Below, piece after piece: positions 33,040-45,609 of a DNA stretch of 64,000 nt (position 1 is its first letter; each line of letters begins with the position of its first letter). Source of the stretch: Psilocybe cubensis (Eukaryota); contig CM039003.1 of assembly GCA_017499595.2 (NCBI GenBank), positions 3,348,001 through 3,412,000 on the forward strand, written 5' to 3'. The notes under the pieces were generated by a model, which was given only the letters and a program-made list of their open reading frames with translations, did no database searches and was not told where the DNA came from. The position numbers and the translations under genes are program-made.

Positions 33040-34723
33040 ATGCCCCTCCCAACGCGCAAAATCGGCACGGACGACGTCACAGCCATCGGATTCGGGCTCA
33101 TGGGGTTATCTGGATTCTACGGGGCAGTAGATACCGACGAGGAGCGGTTCAAGGTACGATTACCACCCCCACCCCCACTATAACTTGCTCGTGGCCGTCT
33201 ATGGTCTGTGTATAAACAGACGCGCTAACCAAACTGCGTCTGCGTCGTATCAGCTCCTTGACGCGGCGGTGGAGATGGGATGCACGAACTGGGACACAGC
33301 CGCGATGTACAACGACAGCGAAGAGCTCCTCGGGAAATGGTGCGCAGCCAAATATTTCTGTCATTCTCACATACACATACAAACACGACGATGATGCCTG
33401 CGCGCAACAGGTTCAAACGCACAGGCAAACGCTCCCAAATCTTCCTCGCCACCAAATTCGGGATCACACCGCAAGGTCCAAATGGCAAACCTGAATACGT
33501 GCGCAGTGCGATTGAGACGAATTTACGGAGGTTGGGCGTTGATCAGATTGACTTGTATTATCTCCATGTGAGTGCCTTATTTTTTTTTTTTTTTTTTTTT
33601 TGGTTTTGTTTTGTATGAGGAGTTGCGGGTGTTGGTGATTTCGGTGATTTAATTGTGTCTGTGGTTGTAGCGTATGGATCAGACGGTGCCGATTGAGGTT
33701 AGTCGTGTTGATCATGTTGAACTTTCATAGCTAGGTATTGATGATGATGATGGTATATGACGATAGGTCACAGTCAAAGCCATGGCCGAACTCGTAAAGT
33801 GCGTAACTTTACTCACCCACCATTTCCCTTACCCTTACCCCTCACCCCTCACCTCCCCACCCCCACAAACCCACACAGAGAAGGCAAAGTGCGCTACCTC
33901 GGCCTCTCCGAATGCTCCGCCTCCACCCTGCGGCGCGCACACGCCGTGCACCCCATCGCCGCCGTGCAAATCGAGTACTCCCCCTTCTTCCTCGACATCG
34001 AGGAGGAGCACGTTGGGTTGCTCAAAGCGTGCAGAGAGCTGGGTGTCGCGGTTGTTGCGTATTCGCCCCTGGGAAGGGGGTTGTTGACGGGGACTATTGT
34101 GCGTGTTGAGTTTTGAGTTTTGAGTTTTGGGTTTTGAGTTTTGAGTTTTGCGTGTCTTACGTCTGGTCGTGTTAGAAATCAAATGCGGATTTCGGAGACG
34201 ACGATTGGAGAAAGGCGATCCCAAAGTCCGTTTATCATTACCCCCTCCACATCCACATCACCCACATCAACACTTCCACTAACATCCACCCACCACAGAT
34301 ACAGCGACACCAACATGCCCAACATCCTCAAACTCGTCGAGGGCCTCGAAACTTTCGGGAAAAAATACAGCGCAACTCCAAGTCAAATCGCACTTGCGTG
34401 GTTGCTGGCTCAAGGGGACGATATCATTCCTATTCCCGGTACGAAGAAGATCAAGGTTAGTTCCATGTCCAGTGTCCAGTGTCCAGTGTCCCTCCCCATC
34501 CCCCTCACCCCTAGTTACCTTATCTTGCCTGATCTTGCGATGCTGACTCATGCAAACCATTCGAATGCAGTACCTCAAAGAAAACATCGAATCCCTGAAC
34601 ATAACCCTCTCACCCGAAGACATCGCCTCCATCAGAACATTAGCAACCACAATAAACCCAACAATTATCGGCGGACGCTCAAGGATGATGAACCTCTTGT
34701 TCGCCGATACACCTGCATTGTAA
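33040..34723 (+). CDS. Aldo-keto reductase (YakC/AKR13-like), multi-exon
   Basis: Motifs [59 protein letters not shown] and IPIPGT. The catalytic D/Y/K/H tetrad is present. Stop TAA at 34721-34723. Confidence 0.93.
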
Positions 34724-34877
34724 CATGTAAATGCAAATGTAATACATCGAGTCCCGAGGGGTAACGTGTAAAGAGAAATATGATTCAATGCCAACTACAA
34801 CCAATTCCATCATTGCAAAAGCAAAAATCAGCCAACTCAAAAACTCCAAACACACAAAAGGCAAAGAAAAGACAATG

Positions 34878-35010
34878 CGACGCCAGCAGGATTTGAACCT
34901 GCGCCCTCAAAGAGGAACAGATATTGTATCACAAAGATGAAAGGTTTCTTCGAAGTTAAACAATCCATCTCGATTCAAATCTGTCGCCGTAACCACTTGG
35001 CTATAGCGCC
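34878..35010 (-). tRNA. tRNA-Ser(TGA) with a 51-nt intron
   Basis: Same body as 26098-26207; anticodon loop TT-TGA-A. Confidence 0.92.
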
Positions 35011-35251
35011 TAGTACACCTGTTAAAGTTAGGTTGTAGCTGCTGGCGTGGGTGCTTTGATGCGGTTACACCAATGGCGCAAGTGCACTTTTCGACTTTGA
35101 ATACAACTATTGGACCATCCCCGCGGGAGACTCAGACACTGGTAAATCAACAATCTGAACATTGGATGTCGTGTCGGATAACACTCGTCAAAAGTCTGAA
35201 AACCCACCAAAGAAACTACAATAAATGTGCCGACACAAAACACAACAGAAG

Positions 35252-35401
35252 CGACGCCAGCAGGATTTGAACCTGCGCCCTCAAAGAGGAACAGATGTGA
35301 AGTCCTAGAATCCGCGATCGCACCCAACCCTGAGAAGAGGGTGAGGAGGGAAGGAAGAAGGAGATTCTAATCTGTCGCCGTAACCACTTGGCTATAGCGC
35401 C
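35252..35401 (-). tRNA. tRNA-Ser(AGA) with a 68-nt intron
   Basis: Same body; anticodon loop TT-AGA-A; pyrimidine-rich intron. Confidence 0.92.
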
Positions 35402-36209
35402 TTGTTTTAACTTGAGATGTACTTGGTTTGTTTGAGTTGTACTTGATGGTGTTGTTGTTGTTGTTGTCGATGTCGATGTCATTGTCGATGGATCTGTGCT
35501 GAACAGGGCATTAGTGATTGCTCGTGTAGTTGTAGTTTCAGTTGTACTCGCACTTGCACTTGCACTCGCGAACCACTATGATCAACGCAACGCATTGGGA
35601 GAAATAGCGGGGCCCATCATCATGATCATCACCGACCGAAACATACCCACGCTGGCTCTGATTATGATTATGAACCCGCCACGCCACGTGTATCAAATGT
35701 GATGTACTCGGGTCGGCTCACCGACACTGGAGGTGTGAATGATGGATATCATAATCATAATCGTATCACCTCACATTCACAGCGCTTTCTCTCGCCTCGT
35801 CTCACCTTTTACTGATCCCCACTGTTTTCTGTTAGGCTTGCGCATGTGCTTGTGCATGGAGTACTGATACTGATTCTGATACAGACAAGCCGACGGTTGG
35901 ATTGGATTGTGTTGGATTGACACAGACACAGACACAGACACAGACACAGACTCTACTCGAATCTCGGTGGGGTCCTGTGATTGTGATTTCGATACGATTT
36001 TGGAGTCTGCGATCGTTTCGAGCGCCTCAGGCTACTTTTCACCTTTTCCGTTCCGAGTCCGGGTACGAGTTCGGGTGCCCACTACTTCCTCTTCCGAGTG
36101 CGATTCACGACACCCAGACACACCCAGACACACACAACTTTCGATTCGCCGCACACACCACTCTAGAATAGAATAGAACGACAGAAGAGACCAGCGACAA
36201 CCATAACCG

Positions 36210-39200
36210 ATGCCCTCGCTTCATCTCGCGGGACGCCAGCGCCAGCGCAGGCGCTCGTCGCATAGTGTTTGTACGTCGTCCTTTGCTCTGCCTATCCGTT
36301 CATTGGCTTACTCATCTCATCTTCCATCTTCCATCTCCCCGCTTCCCTCTCACCGACACACACACACGCACACAGTTACCCAAGCTAAACCAGGCACCTA
36401 CGGTATCCCCACCTCCACAACACACCGTCCACCCGCACTCCCCCTCCCTCTCCCACAGCAGCAGCAGCAGCAGACAACAGTAACGTTCGCACCCAACGTA
36501 ACGCCCACTTCATACGCCGCTGGATCCGACGATGTCGATCTCGAGGTCGATTTCGAGCTCGGCATGGGTACAGGGATGGGTACGGGGGTGGGCATGGGGG
36601 TGGGCATGGGCAGTGGAGGGACGCATGGATATGGATATGGACAAGGGCAAGGCTACGTATCCTATGCGCTCGCAGCTGCGATCGGCAATCCGTCTGCTGC
36701 TGGGTTCAACGGTGCATCGGGCTCTCAGTTGCGTGCGGGAGTTGGTGCCGGCTCGAGTGCTAGTGCTAGTGCTAGTACGAGCGCGGGAGCGGGATTCGGT
36801 GCGGGAGCGTCCTCATCCTCATCCTCAATAACAATAGCAACACCATCATCCGCTCCACCGACATCCTCAACGAACGCAACCGCCCCAACCTCAACCACCA
36901 CCACCACCACCACCCTCACCCCAACGCCCCCCGCGCCACCCCCAGCGCCAGCCCTAACCGCCGCCCTCGCCCCAGCCCTAACCCCCGCCCCAGCCCTAAC
37001 CGCCGCCCTCGCCCCAGCCCCCGCCCCAGCCCTAACCCCCGCCCCAGCCCCCGCCCCAAGACGCAAACGCGCGCCCCCACACAAACGCCGCAGCCAAGGA
37101 TACATCCCGCGCCCGCCCAACGCGTTCATGCTCTTCCGCGCGGACTTTGTGAGGCGGCGGCATGTGCCTGGGAGTATTGGGATTGATGGTTTGAGTATTG
37201 GTATTGATGGTTTGAGTAATGGGAACGGGGGAGGGGGAGGGGGAGGGGGAGGAGGGTTGTCGAGGGTTGTTGGTACGTCGTTCATTTATCTACCTTTTTC
37301 GTGTGTTTTTTTTTAACGGATACGGTACGGTACATTGCACTACACAACGCGACATCGCAAACAAAAACCAAATAGGCACGTTCTGGCACCAACTCCCCCT
37401 CGAGCAAAAAAAGATATGGGAAGTGCGCGCGAAGCACGAGAAGGCGGCGCATAAGGCGATGTTTCCGAATTATCGGTTTAGGCCTGTGCATGGGAAAGGG
37501 AGGGGGAGGGGGAAGGAGGGGGTGGGGGTGGGGGTGGGGGATACGGGGAGGGATAAAGATGGAGATAAAGGGAGGAATGAAGGAAGGAAGGGGGATAAAG
37601 ATAAAGGGAGGGAGGGGGGTAAAGATAAAGATAGGGATAGGGACAAGGGGAAGGGGAAGGAGAGGGATACTGATAAAGATACGAGGCAGGAGGGGCGGAA
37701 GGGGGAGGGACAGCGAGAGAAGGGTAAAGAGAAGGAAAGGGTTATGCGAACAGATACAGATGAGATCGCACACGCCGTACAGCGCATGGAGCGCGCGCTT
37801 TCTCTTCATGACGATCTCGACCTCGATCTCGACGGTGGTGTGGGCTCGGGCGTAGCTCGCGATGGTGATGGTGGTGGGGGTGGGGGTGGGGTGGACGATG
37901 GGGGTGGGGAGTGGTACGATGTTGATGTTGATGTTGACTTGGACTTCGATGTGGATGGGGGATCCGGAGGGTGAGTTCGACGGTGGGCTAGGACAAGATC
38001 TCGAGGTAGACGCGGATGTGGAAGTGGAAGTGGAAGGAGGAAGCGCGCGAACACCTGGACCTCGACCTGGTCCTGGGGGTTGTACCGGTGTTCATCAACC
38101 CGTTCGCACACTCCAACGATAGTTCTGCGTATGGAAATGGGCCTGCTACGGCGCCGATGGCGTTGTCGTCGTGGTACGGATACGGATACGGGGAGGGGAG
38201 CTTCAACGATGTCGGCAATGAAAACAATGTCGGTAATGGTAATGACTTCAACGGGAACAACTTCAACGGGAACACTTTCACCGCCAGTAACTTCACCGGT
38301 GTCCATTTCAACGCCAATACCTTCAACTTCAACGCCAATACCTTCAACGCCACTATGGACCCACTGCACGTCGGTACGAATGACGAACGCGAACACCAAC
38401 GCGAACACTGGCATAACCGGAGCCATGGACACAGACGCGGAGATCATACCCCGCGGACACCGCCGCTCGTCGTCTGTGCCGCTACCTAACGAGTGGGGGG
38501 TGTATACCCATGGTCATACCTTTGGACATAACTTTGGTCATAACGTTGGTCATAACGTTGGTCATAGCTTTGGTCATACCTTTGGACATACCTTTGGTCA
38601 TAACGTTGGTCATAGCTTTGGGTATGGGTCTGGATATAATTATGGGAATACTTTTGGGCATGGGCATGGGTCGGGTGCTCAGATTTTCCATGGTGGTGCG
38701 GGTGCGGGTGCGACAGGGAATATCGCGGTTCGGGGTGTACCTCAATTCACGAACCCGTTTTCTACGGGGTTGGCGGATTCGGCGTCGACGTCGGCGTCGA
38801 CGTCTGCACCGTCTGCATCTACATCCACGGCTCTGTCCGCAGCTGCAGCTACAGCTGCATCTGCATCTGCCTCGACAGCTATAGCTACGACTATAGCTAC
38901 GGTTCAATCCACGGCTCTGGATACAGCTACGACACCATCCGGTGATGAACATGTCGATCCTCGACGGCAACGCCACCTGAATCAGCAGCAGCAGTTTTAC
39001 ACGCCGGACATCGATCGCGATGTACACGCGCATGCATATACCCACCAATCGACTGCAGACGTGGGCGGGGGTGGGGGCGGGAGTGTGCACCACCCGACGC
39101 CGGTGCGCGCGATGCCGTTTGGGCTCGGGATTGGTGTTGGTGTTGGTGGCGGGGTTGGTGTTGGTGTTGGTGTTGATCGACAGGTATACGAGGATCAGGA

Positions 39201-40638
39201 TCAGACTCGGGATCGGGAGCATAATCAGGCTCAAGGTCAGACTCGGTATCAGACCCAGAATCACGGTCGGGATCAAGCCCAGGATCAGGATCATGAGCAT
39301 GAGCATGATCAAGCTCGCAGTCAATCTTATCTTCAAGCTCAGTATGCGGACCACGCGCAGTATCAGTCTCACCAGACTCATTCGCAGTACAGCCACCTGC
39401 ACTTCCATCCGGATATCCAAAATCAGCTCCAAAATCAAGCGCACCTCCAAGCGCACCTCCAAACCCAATACCCCTCCCACCAATACCCTTCCCAATTCCA
39501 ACATCACTCCCACCGATACCCAACACAACTCCCCTCCCAACACCCCTCCCACTTCCCAAACCCAAACACATACCCCTACACATACCCACACGCAAACCAA
39601 CAAACACAACACACGCAATACACGCAATACACCCCACGCCCCTCGCTCCGCCTCAGCGTCGCGTTTGAGATGGGGTTCGTTGGGCATCGGAGAGCGAGTT
39701 CGGCGCAGGGGCGGTTGATGCGTTGGGGGTGGGGTGGGGGCGGGGGAGGAGGGGGTGCGGATGCGGGAGGGGGTGCGGGAGGGGGAGGAGAGGGAGGAGA
39801 GGGAGGTGCGGGAGGAGGTGGGGGAGGAGGTGTGGGTGCGGTTGGGGGAGCGGAAGGAGGGGGAGGTGGGGGAGGTGGGGGAGGTGGGGGAGGAGGTGAG
39901 GTGAGTGGGGGAGGGAAACAGGAACGGGAAGTGGAGCGGGAGGGGGAGGTGGAAGACACGGAGGACCAGGGACACCTACAAGCGCAAGAGAACACTACGC
40001 CGACATACGCCTCGTTTTCGCGAGACATCGGAGTGCACCCGGATTCTCACTCGCATTTGCATTCGCAGTCGCATCGTCATTCTGACTCGCATTCGAACTC
40101 GCACTCAAACTCCAGCGCACACGCGCACTCAAACTCACACATGCACATGCACTCAAACTCCCACTCGAGCGTCCACTCGCACTCGAACTCAAACTCCTAC
40201 TCGAGCGTCTACTCGCACTCGCACTCAAACTCGAGCACGCACGCAAACTCGCCTATCACCGTCCCGCGTCTGCCAAGCTTCGATATGAGCGCGTACATGG
40301 ACATGGACATGAACATGGACTCTGCAATGGGTATGGGGATGCATTTGGGTGTGGGCTTGGACTCGGGTGTGGGTATGGGTATGGGGATGGGTATGGCTGA
40401 GAACGGGATGGGGATGGTTGAGAACGGGATGGGGATGGTTGAGAGCGGGATGGGATTCGGTGCAGGGCTGGACATGCAATCGGGGATGGGAATGGGGTCT
40501 GGTATGGGTATCATGGTGCAGGGAGCCAGTGGTGATCTGGATGTGTATGCGGTGCACCAGAACGCGCAGGGGCAGGGGCAGGGGCAAGGGCACGCGCTGG
40601 GGAAGGGGGAGTATAGTGGGTATCATGTGTACGAGTGA
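36210..40638 (+). CDS. HMG-box (MATA/SOX-type) transcription factor with extreme low-complexity expansions; exon structure uncertain at 37.97-38.44 kb
   Basis: IPRPPNAFMLFRADFV...LSRVVG|TFWHQLPLEQKKIWEVRAKHEKAAHKAMFPNYRFRP, split by intron 37273-37375. Downstream GHRRSSSVP and GHRRASSA motifs lie in ORF 38080-40638. An in-frame TGA at 37972 overlaps a GTGAGT donor. Confidence 0.75.
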
Positions 40639-41447
40639 GTGAGTGAGTGAGGGGTGGGTATAGTTCTCGTGTGTTTTCTATTGGTTTCTGTGTTCCCTGT
40701 TCTCTGTTCTCTGTTCTCTGTTCTGTGTTTTTCTTCTCTTTTTTTTCTCGGTTTATTTTGTGTTGTACATGCGATCTGATCTATACACGACTTGATCCTC
40801 TCCCTCCTCTTCTCTCTTCTCTCTGCTCTCTGCTCTCTGCTTTTTCCCTTCCTTCATTCTTTCCCTGATTTCTTATTTTCTTTATTTTTGTTCGGTTACT
40901 CGTTTCGTTTCTTATTTGTGTGATCTCTGCCTCTGCTTCTTACTATGACTCTCGTTTGCTGGTTGATATCCTGTATCCATAGATAGATCTCCCTTTCCCC
41001 TCCCCTCCCTTTCCCCTCCCCTCTTCTCCTTTCCTTCTTTCCCTCCCTCTCCTCTCCCTCTCTCCTTCCCTTCTGCTTGCCGTCCCTCCTGCTTTCCGTG
41101 CCTCCTCTCTGACCCCTCTCTTTGTAGCCATTATAATTTGTATACGTATGTTCACGTTCCGGGTTTATCTGCTTGTCTGTCTGTCTGTCTGTCTCTTTCT
41201 CTCTCTCTGTGTGTGTGTATACATGTATTGTACGTAGAGTTTCGGTTTCAAGTGCCGTCTTTTTTATTGTGTTTTTGTGGTAGTGCTTGTGCTTTTTTTA
41301 TATGCGCAAGGTCTGTCAACTAAGGTCAACATCGAGATTTACCTGGGGGGACGATCCAAGTCCAAATTATCCAGTCATTGGTCAGTGGTCATTGGCAGGT
41401 TAAAGATAGCATCGCATGATAATGTTTACCAAGACGCTCAGCTTCAA

Positions 41448-41555
41448 GGCGCTATAGCCAAGTGGTTACGGCGACAGATTCGAATTGTCAGTTGAATACT
41501 GGTTAATGTTATCTGTTCCTCTTTGAGGGCGCAGGTTCAAATCCTGCTGGCGTCG
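41448..41555 (+). tRNA. tRNA-Ser(CGA) with a 26-nt intron
   Basis: Same body as the other three; loop TT-CGA-A; followed by TTTTTT. Confidence 0.95.
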
Positions 41556-41896
41556 TTTTTTAATTTTATTCATTCTGTGTGCCGCACAACCTTTGTACTT
41601 ATATCTTGCTGCTTCGAGTTACTGTACGAATTATTTTTTGTAACAAGTACCGGAAGTGTAAAACTTGTTGAGAATATAACAACCGGTCACACATGTATAA
41701 ACATTGACAATGCTCTTAAGGGAAGGATAATATTGATTTTATGTATAGGTTTAGAATTAAGTTTAAAGTCTGCGTGGTTCTTCCAGCACACCACATCGTC
41801 AGCTGCGAACAAGGTCTAATGGTCAACAACGTCCGTATCACAACTTGGGGAGGACGTACACTGCTATCTCAGCTTGGACTGGGGATGTGATGGCTT

Positions 41897-42203
41897 TCAA
41901 AGAACGCAGGAAATAGTGCATGCTGTATATGTTGTTGTGCACTGCGGTATAGCCGTAAGCGGATTGCGGATTGCGGATTGGGAGAAGAGGAGAAGAGGAC
42001 GCTGCGGTTGTGCAGGGTGTAGGGTGTTAGCTGTCAGCGGTGTCGTGCAGTCTGTTGAACAAGGGATATTTTGAGTCAATTGATTTTTAGGGATAGAAAT
42101 TTGATGTGCTTATCTGTGAGGCTACTTGCTGGGTCTGCGGCGACGAATGGGAGCGTGAGAGTGGTGATAGGAGGATAAGGGGAGGAGAGGTGGATGTTTT
42201 CAT
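41897..42203 (-). pseudogene. Degenerate copy of the secreted 6-Cys peptide gene (SSP2-psi)
   Basis: Starts ATGAAAACATCCACC and ends TAIPQCTTTYTACTISCVL like the paralog at 43954. It has frameshifts, a lost GT donor and an AATCCGC slippage triplication. Confidence 0.75.
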
Positions 42204-42241
42204 TGTGAGGTTGATTTTTCGAGTTGTGGGATTGTTGAGGC

Positions 42242-42283
42242 GATGAGGGATGAGGGATGAGGGATGAGGGATGAGGGATGAGG
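42242..42283. repeat. (GATGAGG)6 microsatellite
   Basis: Read directly from the sequence. Confidence 0.95.
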
Positions 42284-43953
42284 GATTTTGTATTGTGTTC
42301 CCCCTTTTATGAACATCTGGTGCGCCTTTTTGAGATTATGCAATTTCATTTTTCATACATGCTCGCGCCGCACACGGTGTACTTTGAACATAGACCACTT
42401 TGTGCAAAGATATGCATGCATGAATGTTACGACACGGTGTTCGATGGCATTCCTCTTTACACACTGGCACTACAGAGAAAAATGTCAGTTTGAGTTTGAG
42501 GCTCCACTGCACAGATTATGAATGAGTTTGTTATTCTAGCCACATAATGTATGATCTGGCTTTCCTTCCTTTGGATACCATTGTTCTCAAGTCGAATGGG
42601 AGTATGTTCTGTGCCTGCATGCTGAGTCTCTCATTGATTAATTTAACGAGGGTACTATAATCGAATTGATTCGATGATGTACTTCAGCGATTGAGTGACT
42701 TAGTGGCCCTTGGTGGGAGCGTTCCGTGCCACCACATAGCGGGATGTCCTCGGCGCTCATTTTCTGACCTGGTTAACAAATGGGGAGCAAGATCTACCAT
42801 GACTTCATTGTCATCACAGATTATTCTATATGAAGGAAGAGCCTTGTCGTCCTGACCTCAGAACATCGAGAATGTACACATTCAAGTTGTCCAAACTATT
42901 CCTGATCAGTTAGTCCGTTGCTCGTATCTCAATGGGGTCTATGATGTCAAAGGGAGTGTACACTCGGCTAATAGTAACAGGACAGGTGGCATTGATTGCA
43001 ACGATCGCGGGAAGAGGCTCAACTCCGAAAAGGACAATAATTTACGTTAGAATGGTTGTAAGTGGGACCACCGGCCACGTACCATTGAAAGGTCCCAACC
43101 GTCATCTGAGCGGCAGATTCTAGTAAACGTTGCGATGCTAGTCATAGCAGTTGATCCCCGCTTTGCATGGTACCACAAACGGTGTCGAAGTGGAGTCATA
43201 ATGGCATAGACAATTGACAGGATAACTATCATTTTATGGCCACATCAGGGGGACTCGATCATACCCTATGCGTCTTGTTGCGGCAGCGATGTTATAACGT
43301 TATACAAGTACAACAAACTCTGCACTTTCTTGCCGAAAATTGAGTCATCGTATGCGACATTGAAGGTGTTACTCGCTTCGGCGCAACATGACATCTGCGG
43401 AGACCAACTGTGATTACGACATGTAAACTCTCCTCACCTTCCGGACGTAGGTTCCCATTGCGAAGGCGGAGAGAAATACAGGGACGCATGCAATATACAG
43501 TTATTCTGTGGAGTCCCAGTTGGTCGGGTTGTGGCTGAGAAACATTGTACCGTTGGTGTACTGAGTTATCGTTTTGTTTATGTTAATTAATTGTTTCAGG
43601 CATCAAGAAAGCTTCTGTTCATAGAAAAAACTTAGAATTGAAGGACCGTAATGAACTTTATTCGTGATTTTGCTAAGCTCTGATTTACGTGATTATATGT
43701 TGAGCATGAGGGAATAATATTATGTTTTGGAACATTTTGTTTCTACTAACATGTAAGGTTCAGATCAACGTGCATAGTCACAAATGGAATAGCATGAAAA
43801 TTCTAGGGCGTAGAGATGGAAGGAAGAAGACAGAAAAGGAACACAATTCCATTTATACGTGAACCAAGCCTCCAGAATATGCATAAAAGGCGGGTTATAA
43901 TCCGGAATCTCTCATTGCTTCAGCACTCTCTCAAGTCGCAAGTCGATATCACA

Positions 43954-44222
43954 ATGAAGACCTTCACCTCCGCTGCCTTTGCCCTCGTATCATGCGCACT
44001 CATGGTCCAATTCGTCGCCGCCGACCTGACGAGTTGCCTCACTGGTAAATATGTCGAGTCTAGACAGGGGAAGTGATTGACTGACATGCATATCATACGA
44101 CAGACTGCACCACCGCACTCACCGCCTGCACCACTGCGGCTTCCTCTTCTTCCAATCCTGTCACAGCTATACCACAGTGCACCACGGCGTATACATCGTG
44201 CACCATTGCTTGCATTCTTTGA
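43954..44222 (+). CDS. Small secreted 6-Cys peptide (SSP3, 69 aa)
   Basis: Signal peptide MKTFTSAAFALVSCALMVQFVAA and intron 44045-44103 (GTAAAT..CTGAC..CAG). Mature sequence DLTSCLTDCTTALTAC-x16-CTTAYTSCTIACIL. Confidence 0.82.
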
Positions 44223-44585
44223 AGGCCATCATACCCCCGGACCCGACATGGGGTAACAGTGTACGCTGTCCGCACATTTTGACATGACATTTTTTGACCA
44301 TTAAATATTGTTTACAGCTGACGATTCTTGGGTAAAGGGATTATCCATGCAGACTTTAAACTTGATACTAAATATATATAATCAATTTGATTCTTTGCTC
44401 GAGACATATTTTATCATTGCCTGAAGTATGCCAGTGAGGATAAACAGTTGATAGGTATTTTCGAGTATGTATACGATGTCTTCAAAGTGAGATTCTGCGG
44501 CAAGTGTTGATAAAATGCTTGATAATTAAATTGATCTATATTATTTAGCCAGGTAGACGGGCCAGAAACATATCCATCTAAATAT

Positions 44586-45262
44586 TCACCTCCTTTTCGG
44601 GTCAAAGGCGAATGGCGGAGGCTGGTGGAAGGTGTTGTAGTGCTGCGCATATTCGTCCTCCCGAATACTCACTTGTTTGCCCACTTTCTGGCAGTCTGGA
44701 CAGAGAAAGTACCGCAGTTCTCCTCCGCAATTCATGCCGTGACAATTCTGCGTGTGGGTGTCAAAGAAGCCATAGCGCTTGACGTACATATCCTCTGCAG
44801 ACATGATATGTGCGAAGAGATTGTCTCCGTACACCATCTCGGGACAGTTATCGTCAATAGGGCAGTATCCAATGGCGTAGGGAGGTGGTTGGTGGTCTTG
44901 GTTGATGTGCCTTGCGAGATTCTGCTGTTCGACCCAGGTTTCTCTGCCGAACATGGCACACCCGAGGCATTGAATGCGGGTTGTGTTTCCTGGTGTGCAA
45001 TCGATGCCGTGGCAGTCCCGGAGGTGGCGGAGGATAGCTTGGTACCTGCATTCGTAGTACTGCGCCTTTGTGAGAGGCTTCATGAACAAGACGGATCCGT
45101 ACATTTTGTACTTGCAGGCCTTGTTCAGGACACAGGATGCTGGGTGCCTCTCTTTCGGAAGCGCATGGCTTGCAGAAGGAGTAGTGATGCTTGGGATTTC
45201 ATAATTAGCTCATAAAATATATTCGTTGAGTCGGATATTACTCACCCTTGATAGGAGCTCAT
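44586..45262 (-). CDS. Long Cys/His zinc-finger-like protein, copy B
   Basis: Inverted copy of 23436-24114 with intron 45190-45245; 170/172 aa identical over the ORF-track portion. Confidence 0.8.
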
Positions 45263-45609
45263 TTTGTCGGATGCAAGACTGGTATCTTTGAGTTGTCGAT
45301 GAAGTTCTTGCTATCTAGCCATTTGGAAAAGGTACATTTATATTCCTTCCGTCAATGCGTTGAGTGGCACAAATTAGGATGGGCTGCGTTTTTCAGCCAC
45401 TCGCCGCATTGAAGCTATTTTGGTAGACTTGGCAAGAAAAGACGTAGGCGTCGGCTCTGAAGGTCAAAGCGACTGATAATCCGGCACCCTTTGGAACACA
45501 AAGCAAATCTCCGAAAAAAAATGTTCGCCGGCAATCTAAACGGCGCCTTTGTGTGTTACTAATTATCTCTTGGGCATGACCTAACTCCAATACTATGTGT
45601 TGTTCAATA

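Noticed and set aside
34878-35010. Selenocysteine or opal-suppressor tRNA (TCA visible on the plus strand)
   Set aside because: The gene is on the minus strand; its anticodon is TGA (Ser) on a standard Ser body.
38482-40626. Long minus-strand ORFs opposite the HMG gene
   Set aside because: Products of stop-poor low-complexity sequence.
41897-44222. CaaX lipopeptide pheromone precursors, i.e. a B mating-type locus
   Set aside because: The C-termini are ACIL and SCVL (Cys third from the end, not fourth), the peptides have classical signal peptides, and no STE3 receptor or homeodomain motifs were seen.
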